Shown here: positions 23,381-35,269 of the stretch, piece by piece | How positions within the stretch are numbered: position 1 is the first letter of the stretch | Layout of the letters: each line of letters starts with the position of its first letter | Assembly (NCBI RefSeq): GCF_018350175.1 | Contig: NC_058369.1 | Span: 25,112,001-25,176,000 of the forward strand | Reading direction: 5' to 3' | Origin: Felis catus | Taxonomy: Eukaryota | Length of the DNA stretch: 64,000 nucleotides | Program-made: the position numbers and the translations under genes | Notes under the pieces: model-generated | Databases searched by the model: none | The model's input: only the letters and a program-made list of their open reading frames with translations | Told to the model about the DNA's origin: nothing

Positions 23381-24267
23381 CAGCCCAACACTCACATATC
23401 CAGTACTTCCTGTGGAAGGGTGGTGCATGGCTCCTAGCTTTGAGATGAGTAATGGCCACATCCCCCACCATGCAGCACAGACACTGACCCTGCAGACGTC
23501 TCATGAACATAAAGGGTAAGTCACACTAGCACAGTCACCAACGAGCCATCCCTGTCATCTCTCCTTATCTTCCCAGGGAAATACACTGGTATTTGTCTAC
23601 TGTAGAGATGAGACACAACCATTAAGACAGAATTCTGGACCGAGACATCTAATCGGTGTCTTGGAAACTCACACTGACATCCCCACAGCTGGTTTTCCCC
23701 ACAGCTGTTGATAGTCGTGTGTTGTTTAAAGCATGGCCTGCTCACAAGTTCATGCTGGGAGGTGAAGCCAGGGTAAATCTTCCATAATGCGCCATTCTGG
23801 CCTTTGGAGCATGAAATTTTGTGGCAAAGAGTTCATTTCCCATCACCAGACTAAAAAGTTTACAAAGCTTCCTTGCATACAGATGGCCAAAGCTGTAGGT
23901 GGCTGCAACCAGGAAATGGCACAAATCAAGCGGGGGTGAGTCTTATGTCCCCCACCCCCAGCTTTCTCAGCAATTCATCAAAAGAGCTGTTGTGGGGGAA
24001 AAAACTATCCATGTGTTTCACCAGGATCCATAATCCTGTATTGTTTCAAACCCAGTAATTTAATGAAATAGTGTCTGCTATCCACTAATGTGCCTAAAAC
24101 TCAAACAGATTGAAGGATCTGGAAGGATCCTCAGAGAACCAGCTAGTCTACCATCCTCATTTAGACACTAGAAAACTAAGAGCTGGCTCAAGGTTGCATG
24201 GTCTATTGGTGATAGACTGGGACCTTGACGGTATCCCTGTTTGGAGGCTCTTTTCAGCCCTGGCAAG

Positions 24268-24745
24268 TGTTACCAGGATGGATGTTTGCTGTTTCTTACT
24301 GCCCAGCATTTAGTCTCCCTTCTTTTGCCAATGGCACCCTGATCTCCTGTTGAGGGACCCCCTCCCCAGCTGTCAAACCCTGTGATTCAGGAAGGGCCAA
24401 CCCTCCCAATATGGGCATGGGACCTGGCAGAATGAGACCTTTGCTGGAGTTAAAGAAAAAGAGATGTAGTCAGCTAGTGCAATATTTGAGCCGATGGGGT
24501 GGAAACTTAGAATTGTGCAGAGCATCTTGGTCAGAGAGCCCATCTGAGAAGTACGCTAATTTGGAGAAAGAGTGAGAGATGGTGAGTGATGGACTCCTGG
24601 TGACATAGATTAGCCACCTGGATCTAGCCATGCCAAAAGGCAGAACTATCACTGAATTCACCGAATAAGTGAGCCCCCCCCCGCCTTTTTTTTAAATTTA
24701 AGCATGTGTACACTGTATTTCTGTGACATGCAACCAAAAAACTAA
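24268..24745 (+). mobile_element. MLT1 (MaLR) solo LTR, MLT1K-like
   Basis: ctgcccagcatt...cccttctttt...cacctggatctagccatgcc...ttctgtgacatgcaaccaaaa. Confidence 0.7.
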
Positions 24746-24864
24746 GTTTGTTTCTAAGTTTGTAAAAGGAAGTAAGTAAATCACAAAATGGGAATGTTCC
24801 CAGGAGACCCTCCACAGTGCCCAACACAGTTCCTTGACACAGTCAGAGAGCAATACACGTATAA

Positions 24865-25146
24865 TGGGGTAAAACCCCTCCTTCAGGTCTCTTTTCAGCA
24901 TGACTCTCCCAGACCACCCTATTGGAAACTGCAGCCCTCCCCAGCTTGGCTCTCCCTACTCCTACCTGTTTCCTATGGTGTTTATCACCACCAGACCTAC
25001 CTATTATCATTTCTTGTTGGTTTCCCTCACTCAAATCCTACAAGGGTGGGGATTTTTGCCCACTTTGTTCACTGCTGTATCCTGGGGGTAGAACAGTGCT
25101 CAACACCTGCAGGTGCTCAGTATATATCTAGTGAATGAATGAATGA
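24865..25146 (+). mobile_element. L2 3' end
   Basis: ttgttcactgctgtatcc...tagaacagtgc...aggtgctcagta...(gaat)n. Confidence 0.8.
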
Positions 25147-25529
25147 CAAGAAATGGAAGATGGAATGAGTGTATACGGTACACAGAGGATGGTGCCCTAC
25201 ACGTAAAGGCACACAGGCTCCCACCTACTGCCTCAGTCAACAGCCTCTGGGACCTCTTAGATATGGGTCTTCTTTCCTCTTCTCTGAGCCCATGCTCCAA
25301 CAGCCATCCCCACAATCTAGACAACCAGATCGTCCCCCACCTGTCCAGATAACATGAACAACAATTCAAAGGTAACTAGCCCTTTGGGTTATAAAGATGT
25401 TTTCCTTTTTCCCCCTGCTTATAATAATATTGTATACTCATTATAAAAGCACACAAAATAAAAATGTAACAAGTAAACAATAAAAATCATAATTTAACCT
25501 CAAATTTAAATTTTGGGTGCAAGTCGTAA

Positions 25530-25838
25530 GCAGGCAGACTGCTAATATATTTTGTACGACCCGCAGGATGACCCCCCCTTTTTAAGGTAACTTCCAACAT
25601 TTAAAAAGCTAGAGGAATTCATTTGGAAATCAGGTATCTAGCTTCAGCTGAATGTCATGGAAGGCCCACGTTCTCACATATGACAATGATCAGCGGGGGT
25701 TGGGTGACAGATGACCCTTTCAGGTGTGTGTGGGCTCTTGGGGTCCCTGCCTCTCCCTACTCTGACCCTTGCACTGCCCTGGCCACTGGATTTAGGTTCC
25801 TGCTTGGTCCCTGTCACATGTAGAGTTGGTCACCCCTG
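25530..25838. mobile_element. MER102-like hAT-Charlie remnant
   Basis: ccaacatttaaaaa...ggcccacgttctcacatatgacaa...gagttggtcacccctg; similar to 44878-45220. Confidence 0.5.
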
Positions 25839-27929
25839 GTTTGATGTATACCCTTTCAGACTTTGTTGTAGTCATAAGGCTTTCTAGGAAACCCCTCTGA
25901 AAATCTCCCTCTGCCTCCAATAGTGGCCTGGGATGCCACACATAAGCCCCTAATTTCCAGCATCAGAGAACACTGCATTTGCAGCACTGTCCCGTCTGCA
26001 TCGCAGCGAGCCAGGTCAGGTTCAACGTCTTCTCAGACTGACTATCCCAATTCAACGACTGACCTATACACACGTGAACCCCATACAGAAGGGCCCCACA
26101 GTCCTGAGCACCGGCTGGATGCCTTTTCCATAGGGAAACTCTAAATCCAGCGTTCAAACCACCCCTCCGATGTGGAGAGGCTCCATCAGTGCAGGACAGC
26201 CCCAGAGACTCGGCCACCACTGCACAGGCAGTCTGCAGCCCCACATGTATTGCCCACGGGACCCATGATTGGCTATCTTCCTCTGGGTTGATTATGCTCC
26301 AGTCCTACTATATAATAATACCTCCCTCTGGGCAGGGATCCTGCCAGCCTCACTGATTACTGCTTACTAGAACCTAACCCTGTTCCTCGCAGAGGAGGCC
26401 CTCAATCTACAAGGGACGGATGGTCAGCGAGGGAACAGACACATGAAAGGCAGGTGGGTGGGTATGTTACAGGGCGGGGATGGAGGAGATGAGCCCCTTA
26501 GCTGTGATTTCTAATTTGCCAATGTCATAAGGAAATGATTAGATCAAAATAGTACATTGTAAAATATGGTATAAAGTTACACAGTGAATAAACTCAGATG
26601 ATAAAAAAATAAGGAAAGCACTATAATATTAATAGTGGTAGAACTTTTTTTTACAATCCTTTTGTGTATTTTCCATTTTTTGTTTTATGAAGTTCACTTT
26701 TAACTACCAACATTGAACTATAACCAAACGAATGATCTTCCCCTAGACTTGTATAGATTTCAAAACACCAAGTGGCCACGGAGGAAAGGATAATATTTTG
26801 GATTAGTAAGAAGAGAAAACACGGAAGGTGAGTTTGGTCTTCCACATGGAAACTGATCCTTCAAGACTCCTTGGTGGCCCCGTAGTGACCCATTACTCCC
26901 CCTTCACCTGCTATCAGCAAAAGCAACATTAGTTCACCCTTCTAATCCTGGAAGTCCAAAATGTTATGGGAGATTATATTTCTTTTGGAGCAAGGGACGG
27001 TAATTTTTTCAGCTCTGGCCTATGAATGCTCCCAAAGAAAAACAAAGAAACATAAGGAAATCTTCTAATACAAATACCTGAATTTAAATTTAAATACACA
27101 TGCGCCCAGAAAAGTACCATTGCTCTGGTACGTCCTTGATTGTGGGACAGCCAAAACAGCATGTGCCTCACAGCAGGATACTCTCCTCTGATGATGTGAT
27201 GTAGCCACTGCTCCTGGGAGCCTTGGACCAGGTCTCTGCACCTCAACTAGCCCCCAGACATACAGGATGGGCAGCAAGAGCTCAGGACCAGCTACTTTGT
27301 AAAGGCAGACAGGGAAACCGAGGTCCTAAGAGGAGGAGTATGTGCAGGGGATGACACAGAGCTGAGAACAACTGCTTTCCTCCAGCCTGGTCCCTCCCCT
27401 TGTTCATGTGACAAACATCACCTGAGTGTCCTGAGGTACCAGATACTGGTTGACACCTTGCTATCAAGCAGGGGGGAAGAGTGGGGACCCTTAACAATTA
27501 AGTGAATGACCAGGTAACCCCAGACGGCGATACAGGCCAGCAAACAGGAAATAAAGGCAAGGGGTAGAAAGTTATTTCTGATTTCCCAAGGAGCATCAGC
27601 CATTGAGTACTGTGCAGTTACAAATGCCTCTGGGGTTCCGCCAGACGCAATTTATTAACAGATTGCATTTGGGCGCTGGAGTCTGTGAGCGATGCATGAC
27701 TCACCAGCAGAGTGGATTAAATGTAAAAGACACCCACAAACTAGAGGCATCCTCCCCCCCCCCCAACTCTAAGGTTCCCACAGCAAGGCAGGAAGTGCAG
27801 GGTGTGGAGTAGGCTTGCTCTTTGGAGACAGCTAATCTGGGATCAGCCCTGCTTCAAACTGCAAAGACTTCCCAGTGCCCTCAGAATGAATTCTCCTTTG
27901 CTTACTGCCAACCACTGGCCACAGCTCAC

Positions 27930-28140
27930 CCTCCCCTCCCTGTCAAGACATCTCTGCGCCAGGCCTCACCTCGGCTCAACGTCACTTCCTCAAGGCCTTC
28001 TTCCCTGACACTGCTCTGGCCCCACGGGACCCTGACCCTTCCTCCCACACCACTCTTAGACTTACTTATTCTAGAAAGTGAGCTCTGTAGGGGTGGACTG
28101 ATCCTCAGCTCCCAGAGCAGCACCCAGCGCACGGAGGGGC
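27930..28140 (+). mobile_element. L2 3' fragment
   Basis: ctcaacgtcacttcctcaaggccttcttccctgac...ctagaaagtgagctc. Confidence 0.6.
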
Positions 28141-28309
28141 TGAGGCAGAGAGACAGAAGGGAAGAGAAAGAAGTCTCTCCACCATTTCTCAGGGTCCTGA
28201 GCCTCAGTTTCCACATCTGTAAAACCGGGGCAAGACCAACCCGCTGCAGAGTGATGACAGTGTATTCTGTGTTTCTGCCTGGCAGCCTGGATTTTGTTTT
28301 ATTAACTCA

Positions 28310-28643
28310 TCTTTTAAAAAACATTTTTACATACAAATTCACTTTTTGATGTGCAGATGTGGATTCTGACACTCGTTGGTGTATGACCACAATGAAAACA
28401 CAGAGCTCTTCTATCACCAGGAAAAAGTCCCCTCGTGTTGCTCCTTTGTAGTCATACCCTCCTCCCCACCCCAGCTCCTAGCAACCATTGATCTGTTTTC
28501 TGTTCCTATATTTTGCCTTTTCCAAAATGTCATGTAAGTGGGATCATACGGTAAGTAGGCTTTTACGTCTTTTTCACTTGGCATAGTGCCTTGAGATTCA
28601 TCTGTGGTGCTGCGTGTATCAGTGTTTTGTTCCTTTTTATTGT
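28310..28643 (-). mobile_element. L1MB/L1MC-like 3' fragment
   Basis: gcaaccattgatctgttttctg...ttttgccttttccaaaatgtcatgtaagtgggatcatac. Confidence 0.85.
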
Positions 28644-30891
28644 CCTTTCCCTGAGGGAAATCTCTTCTCTCAGGAACAGGGTCACAGAAAATAACAGTGG
28701 ACCTATCCCCTTCTACCTCCCCTGATAATTTAGCCACCAACTTTCTAGAATCCCCTAAAGCTTGGGGAACAACCAGGAAGTCAAAGGTCCCCCTTTCTGG
28801 CTGTGTCTATAACCCGAATTCTGAGACCTGTGCAAACCCTTTCCCACCAGTTAGCCTCTCTCTGAGGTCGCTCATTTGCAAGAATGGCCAACAAGACCCA
28901 AGCTTCCTCTGGGGTGTTGACTCAGAAAGTGGAGGTCCATTCGGGAACCAGGAGGCAGGACTGGCTGTCTGGAGATGGCTGACCACCTGGGGTGGCTGTT
29001 TAGGGGCAGTAGTGGGGGTGGCAGTCAGCTGGCCAAGTCTGGGGAGAAGTGAGTAGATAAGAAAGAAGTAGAGGCAGAAGTGCCCCGGGATGGTGAATTC
29101 TTACTCGGGGCCGGGCAATGTTTATACGGGTGTGCCGTCATCTCGTATAATCCACACAACAGCTTGATGGGCAGATTCTGTTAACATCCCATCCACAGAT
29201 GAGGACCCTGGGCACAAGGAGAGCACCCAGTGTGCTAGCAGGTCTGGGAGCTGAGCTCTGACTCCAAGGCTTGTTCTCTTGGCAACACGGAAGCTTAGAG
29301 CAGGAGCCAGGGAAGGAAGTGTGCGGCACAGCAGGGAGGCGGGAGGGAAGAAGCCGGTGGAAGATGAAGGGACCCAGGGGACTGAGTGGATACTGCTCCA
29401 GGCATGCCCTTAGCTGCGAGCCATGACACTGAAGGTTTGCTTTGTTCTTTTCAGCTGCAGAACCCATGTGTCAAACCTGATCATACTCAAAACCCGAGAC
29501 ATAAAGCTGGTGGAAATAGAGTTGCTCAAACTGAAGGGAAAGAGGAAATGGAGCCAGACCCACTGAACTGCCCCAATCCCTATGACCTCCCTCCTGGTGG
29601 CCTCTAAGGAAGGGACCTTCCAAGGAACGCAGGACCCCTTGGATCTTCACTTCCTGATATATACTCCCTGAGGGCTGGCTCTTTCTTTCCTTCTCGCTTT
29701 CTTTCTTTCAGGTTTCAAATGATCAAAAAAACATTCAGAACTAAAATTAGTCAGAGAGGCATTGTATCTTGTGTCTGCACCACACTGTCCAGCATGTAAT
29801 TAGGACTCAACAAATGGATGATGGGCAGGTCTGGGCAACACCTGTGCAGGATCAAATCCGGATCCTCCCTCAGCAGCTAAGTGACCCTCAGCAAGTGTTT
29901 GACCCTCACAAAGCCTCAGAAGCCCCAGAACTTCCCTTGCCTCTTAATATTTGGAGAGGGCTCAATAAGCAGACGCTCGTAAGAGCACTTACCACAGTGC
30001 CCAGCAAACGGTAAGAACACGGTGTTACCTAGCATTATTATTAATAGCATCCACGAGACTAAAAGTATATTGGAGGAAAACAAAGAATCCACTGGAAGGA
30101 ATTAAAATGTCCCCATGGGAAGCACAGTGCCCTCCATGTCCCAGTGTGGTTCGCTCCTAGGACTGGCCAGTGAATGCTCCAGTTTTCTTTCAGTCGTGTC
30201 TTTCATTTTTGTACCAACGGGAGGAAGGCCTGGACCGCAGAGGTCTGAAGATCACGAGTCTGACATGCAGGGCTCATCTGGAGCCAAGGAGTTATTAATT
30301 GGTGTTTATGTAACACTCTGTGCCCCTCCGGCCTGTTTCTGTCTGAACACGTGCTCCAAGAACCTTGGAGAATGCATCTCTCTCTTCTGACTTTTGGATG
30401 CTCAGACAACAGCAGATGGTGCTGCGAAAATAACGGCACCGACACTGCAGCTCTAAAGGGAAAAGTCCACGCCTTGAGGACTCAGAGTTAAATTAGAAAT
30501 AGCTGGAAGTGGATATCTTCCAGGACTGACCTTTCCGGGAGAGAGCTGGATTCCAGCCTCCATAGGAACACTGCCAAGGAGAAAGAGAGCACCGAATGTG
30601 AGTGAAGGGTGTCCTCTGCTGGCCGGCATTAGAAATCCTCAGCAGCGCCCCCTCCTCCACCTCTCTGGGAGGGCTCCGCTTCCTCTGCCTCGAGGCAAGT
30701 CTCAAACACCTTCTGTGGTTGTTTTTTTGAAAACATGAATTTGAACTGCCAACAAAAACGATTTCTTTCCTAAAAGGAGAAGAGCTGAGAGAAAGGTCAT
30801 AGAGCATTTTATTCCCTCCTCACTTAGGTTTTTCTTGCTGGAGCAAGAAAATGCTCACCTAATGAATGTCACCTAAAAAATGGTCCTGTGA

Positions 30892-31112
30892 GGGGCACCT
30901 GGGTGGCTGTGTTGGTTAAGTGTCCGACTCTTGATTTGGGCTTGGGCCATGATCTCACAGTTCATGAGTTTGAGGGCTATACTGTGCTCTGTGCTGACAC
31001 AGCAGAGCCTGCTTGGGATTCTCTCTCTCTCCCTCTCTCTCTCTGGTACACACTCCCATTCTCTCTCTCCCTCCCCACCCCACTCAAAATTTAAATACAT
31101 CAACATTAAAAA
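30892..31112 (+). mobile_element. Can-SINE
   Basis: ggggcacctgggtggc head; degenerate TSD aaaaaatggtcctgtga/aaaagatggccctctga. Confidence 0.93.
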
Positions 31113-32234
31113 AGATGGCCCTCTGAATGCTCCCTGTGAGTTCTGCATCAGAGAATCCAAGCAACTTGGGGAACTTGACCAAGTGTGTGCACGTGGCCCA
31201 CAGCACCACCCCATTTCCATTCCAAAAGGCTACCCTCTTGACCAGACTCCAAACTTCACAGAGAGACACCCCGAGTCAAAGTTGTCTGCCTCCTCCCAGA
31301 AAATCCCTATGGGTCTGCACACAGGGACAGCAAGATCTCGGTGGCCAAGAAGACAGGCCGATCCTGGATCAAACCCAGCCATTTCTGATGTCCGGCTCCG
31401 GAATCTTGGAAACTCGGGACCAGACCCTCACACACTACTTAAGACCAGAACACAGCTTGTCTGGCTTCCTGCCAGAGTGCTCCCGACAGCTGGGGCCCTT
31501 CTGACCTCTGTCTCCAGCTCTCGCACCATCCCCGCCCCATTCCCGAGGAATAACCCTGACCTCCTGGGTGAGTTCTAACTCACCTGGCATGGTGCTCACT
31601 CTGACGGAGCCAACGTGGCTGAGCTGCAACCCTAGCTCATCACTTCACAGCTGTGTGAGCATCTCCAATGAGCCTCCTTTTCTGCAACAATGCCAGGAGC
31701 TGCCATTTACTCAAGGTCCACTACCTGCCAGAAATTTGACATATACTACTTCTAATTAGTCCTCATGACCACACTATAAGGTGCTCTTCTTTCTGGATCA
31801 AGGTCAAGAACTCTTTAAAAGCTGAGGCTACCCACCCTCTTGTCCACTGGCTAAGGAAGGACTTGGCTCCATCTGCCATTTTCTTCCCTTCATTATGCAA
31901 AGTGCGTCCTCAGAGGGCAGAGAAGCAGAGATACGGAGAAAAAAGGGAATGCCAGGGGTGGGAGAGAAGGGAAAAGTCTTCTGGAGCAGAGCAGAGAGTT
32001 TAGGGTGCCTGCAAGGCAAGGGTGACCTGGAGACAGAAAGGGATGAGGAGGAGAGACAGCAGTCCCTAAAAAGGGCTGCTCTTGAGTGTGAAATGGATCC
32101 CCCTTGGACCTTCTTTGAGAGACAGAAGTAAAGAGTGGAACTATTTTAATTGTTGACTAATGGACTTCGAACTTCTGAATGCAACAAAACCCAAAGTCTG
32201 GAGTATCAGAGGCTTTGGTATTTGCTCAGATTGC

Positions 32235-32350
32235 ATTCCAATGCTATAGGTAAGGAAACTGAGACTGAGAGGGTCGGTAACTTGCTAAGGGCTACATGAC
32301 TCATGAGCAGCAGAGCCTGAATATAAACCCAAGTGCACCTGACTCCACAG
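32235..32350 (-). mobile_element. MIR core
   Basis: ataggtaaggaaactgagactgagagggtcggtaacttgctaagggctacat. Confidence 0.7.
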
Positions 32351-33132
32351 CTGTTTGTGTGACACTCTGGCCTTAGCCGGAAAGGAATAATAATGCCACC
32401 TAGCAGGCCAGGTGAGGGGTAAACTTGGGATAGACTATGTGGACTAAGGCCTTCCTGCAATGAATCGCATATTGTAGGTAATGCCAGAAGTACCAGTTCC
32501 TTTATTTCCCTCCTTTGTCCTGATCTCTGGGCTCTCCTTGATTCTTAAGACCCTATTCTCACTGCTGGATTTTTAACATGTCCTTTTATTGCCCCAAATC
32601 CTATTTGGGTAACCGCCCTACTACCCTAGCCTCCCCCAGGTCTGCGCAGAAGCTGGCATTTTGGCCCCAAACTCCTCCAGTGGGAAGGTAGAGGCTCAAC
32701 CCCTAACGGATGGCAGGCCGCGTGTGTGCCTGAACAGCCAACCTTGTCCCCGTGTGTCCATTCATCCAACATATAGTCACTGGTTTCTCCTCTGTGTCAG
32801 CACTGTGCTAGCCACCCAAGATAAAACACCATTTTAAAAAGACTATCCAAGACTAGGAAAAAAAGCATGCCTTTTCGAAGTCTTCCACAGCCTGAGCCTA
32901 CCTACAGGGAAGGTAATTTTGTTTGACTTACTATTCTTTTTTTATTACGGACCAGACTCTGTAAAGTCAGGATGTTAACTTGTAAAAGACTAGTAAGTTG
33001 CAAATAATTTCTGTCACAAATAAAAGATAATTCCAAAGGTTACAGTGTTATTTACCTATAGGATCTTAACCAGTTTTATATCTAAGTTTGCAGTCTTATC
33101 CCAACATTCTTTTCTCCACATTTTCCCATGAC

Positions 33133-33291
33133 TATACACACGCACACATAAACACACATACATTCATGTATGTATATATGTGTACACGTGCATATAGACA
33201 CATATACAAGTACATGCATGTCTAAATATATACCCACATGTATATATACACACATATCAGAGAGTACATATGTCTACACACACACATATAT
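33133..33291. repeat. Degenerate (CA/TA/TG)n alternating purine-pyrimidine tract
   Basis: Direct reading. Confidence 0.85.
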
Positions 33292-33303
33292 CTTCCTGCA
33301 TAC

Positions 33304-33418
33304 TTTTTTTTTTTAAGATTTTATTTTTAAGTAACCTCTTCACCCAACGTGGGACTCAAACTCACAACCCCGAGATCAAGGGTTGCATGCTTCACCAACT
33401 GAGTCAGCCAGGTGCCCC
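33304..33418 (-). mobile_element. Short-type Can-SINE
   Basis: ttttaagattttatttttaagtaa...ccgagatcaag...cagccaggtgcccc. Confidence 0.92.
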
Positions 33419-35250
33419 ACTCCTAAATATTTCTTAAAACTAGTCTTCTCTTCCTCATCCTTTTTGTTTTCTCATTTGTGAGTGACATAGATATTTTACT
33501 CAGACTAAGCATATATTTGCACAACAGTTAAGGTGTTAAGAGAAAAGCAGACCTTTGTATGAGATCTGTGAGATCTGATAGGGGCAAAGTCATCCCAGGC
33601 AGGGGGAACAGCATGTGCAGAGGCTCTGTGGTAGGGAGTATGGCACACTGGAGAAACCGAAGTGTGTATGACCTCCAGCATCTGTGACTAGAACCTTTCG
33701 GCTAACACCTACTCTATCAATATCATGACATGACTGTCAAGTCCCTCCTGTCTGTCTCAGACACATGCAATGGACTAAGAACACAGAATTGGCCTCATAC
33801 GGTAGGAGAAGAAAAACGGTGTTGCACCTCTGTGGCATCCTTCTCCAGTCATTGGAGAGGAGCCAGGTAAAAGACAGTTGGCAAAGTCACAGTTCTCGAG
33901 GGGGAGAAGACACCGGCCTCATCATGCAGCACAGGTAGCATTAACAGCTCAGTGCCAGGCGCTCTGTCAAGCTCAGTGTCTTCTGTGGCCTGGTCCACCT
34001 CCACCGTCTGCTCAGTCACCAAGTCAGTGCGGTGATAACACCTGCTCACAGAAGCCTATACGGTAGGAGGATCATAATCTCTGCACATTTTCACCAAAAA
34101 CATCACTCTACACTCAAGTCTTACATCAGCCTCCTGAGAACAGAAGTTTTTGTCTCTCATAGTACAAACATCACCAGCAATGGGGGCAAAAGACCCCGGC
34201 CAGAGGCTGGTAATTAACTATGTGACATTGGACAAGTTGCTTAACCTGCTGGAGCCTCAGGGTCTTTCTTCATCTGGATATGATAGTACTCACATCTCAT
34301 TAAAAGGCTGGGTGATCATGGATAAAAGCACATAATAGATTATAAAACACATTATAAACATGAGTTATTTTCACAGTTATTGTGATTATCAGACACCATT
34401 TTTAAAAATACCACAAGGCTTTACTGAGTAAACAGTGCAATGCTACATGAAGCTCAGGTAAAATTTCTACGTAAAAATGTAAAACCAAAAACAACAACCA
34501 GACAAAAACATGGCAAGGAGGCAAAGTACAGCTATCCAAACTCTAGTAATGAAGGCTGGCAGGCACATTTTCTGGAGTGATGTTGTGTCAGGCACTGGGC
34601 TGGGCACTGACCAGCTTTACCTCAGGCATTCAAATAACTTACACAAAATTTAAGTTCATTCATAAACATGTTTGGTTTTTCCAAAGAGCCTACTTTGCAG
34701 GAAATGCAAATATTTCTCTAAAATTATTTGCCAGGAAGGGAAAAGAGCTTCAACAGCCTCATTAATTTCACTCCCCCACCCCCGGAGGAGTTCATATTTT
34801 CCCAGCATTATGTATGTTACTTGTCTCAAGATACTACTGCTAATATTCCTGGGTAATCTTTTAACATTTTTCCCATTAGGCCTGTAATAACACACAGCAT
34901 GCTTCCCACATTCTTCTGAACCCGAGATAATAAAATAAAATAAGATGTGTATCAAGAAATATGGCTGGTGCACACAGCATCAGTTCTCAAGCCCCTGGTT
35001 TGCAATAGCTCAGGATATGCACTGTATCAAAGAGAAGTGTGAAAAGCTAAAAAATAAAATCTTCCAGACATAATTATGGTTTCACTTACTTAATATGCCT
35101 TGATGATCCTTTAGGGACAGACAGAATGGCCATCCTAAGATGAGACAATGAAGATCTTTGAGGCCTCTAGTACATAAGAGACACACAATAATTATTTTTT
35201 GAATCCAGCGCTCCCAGAGTGGTTGGAATTGAAAAGAGGCATTCAAGAGT

Positions 35251-35269
35251 CTGCCACTAGAGGGCAAAA
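35251..35269 (+). promoter_or_regulatory. Candidate CTCF binding site
   Basis: ctgCCACTAGAGGGCaaaa matches the CTCF core CCACYAGRGGGC and sits in non-repeat sequence. Confidence 0.6.

Noticed and set aside
27822..28349. 175-aa ORF
   Set aside because: Built from L2 and MIR remnants.
29586..29604. Weaker CTCF-like motif (minus strand CCACCAGGAGGGAG), and a similar one near 477-490
   Set aside because: Mismatches at key core positions; expected by chance.
30931..31578. Longest ORF (215 aa, +)
   Set aside because: It starts inside a SINE, runs through the CT linker and MIR-like sequence, has no recognisable domain, and is antisense to the host gene.
33849..34049. Acidic 66-aa minus-strand ORF
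   Set aside because: No convincing splice sites and no similarity to ARHGEF3 or any protein I recognise.
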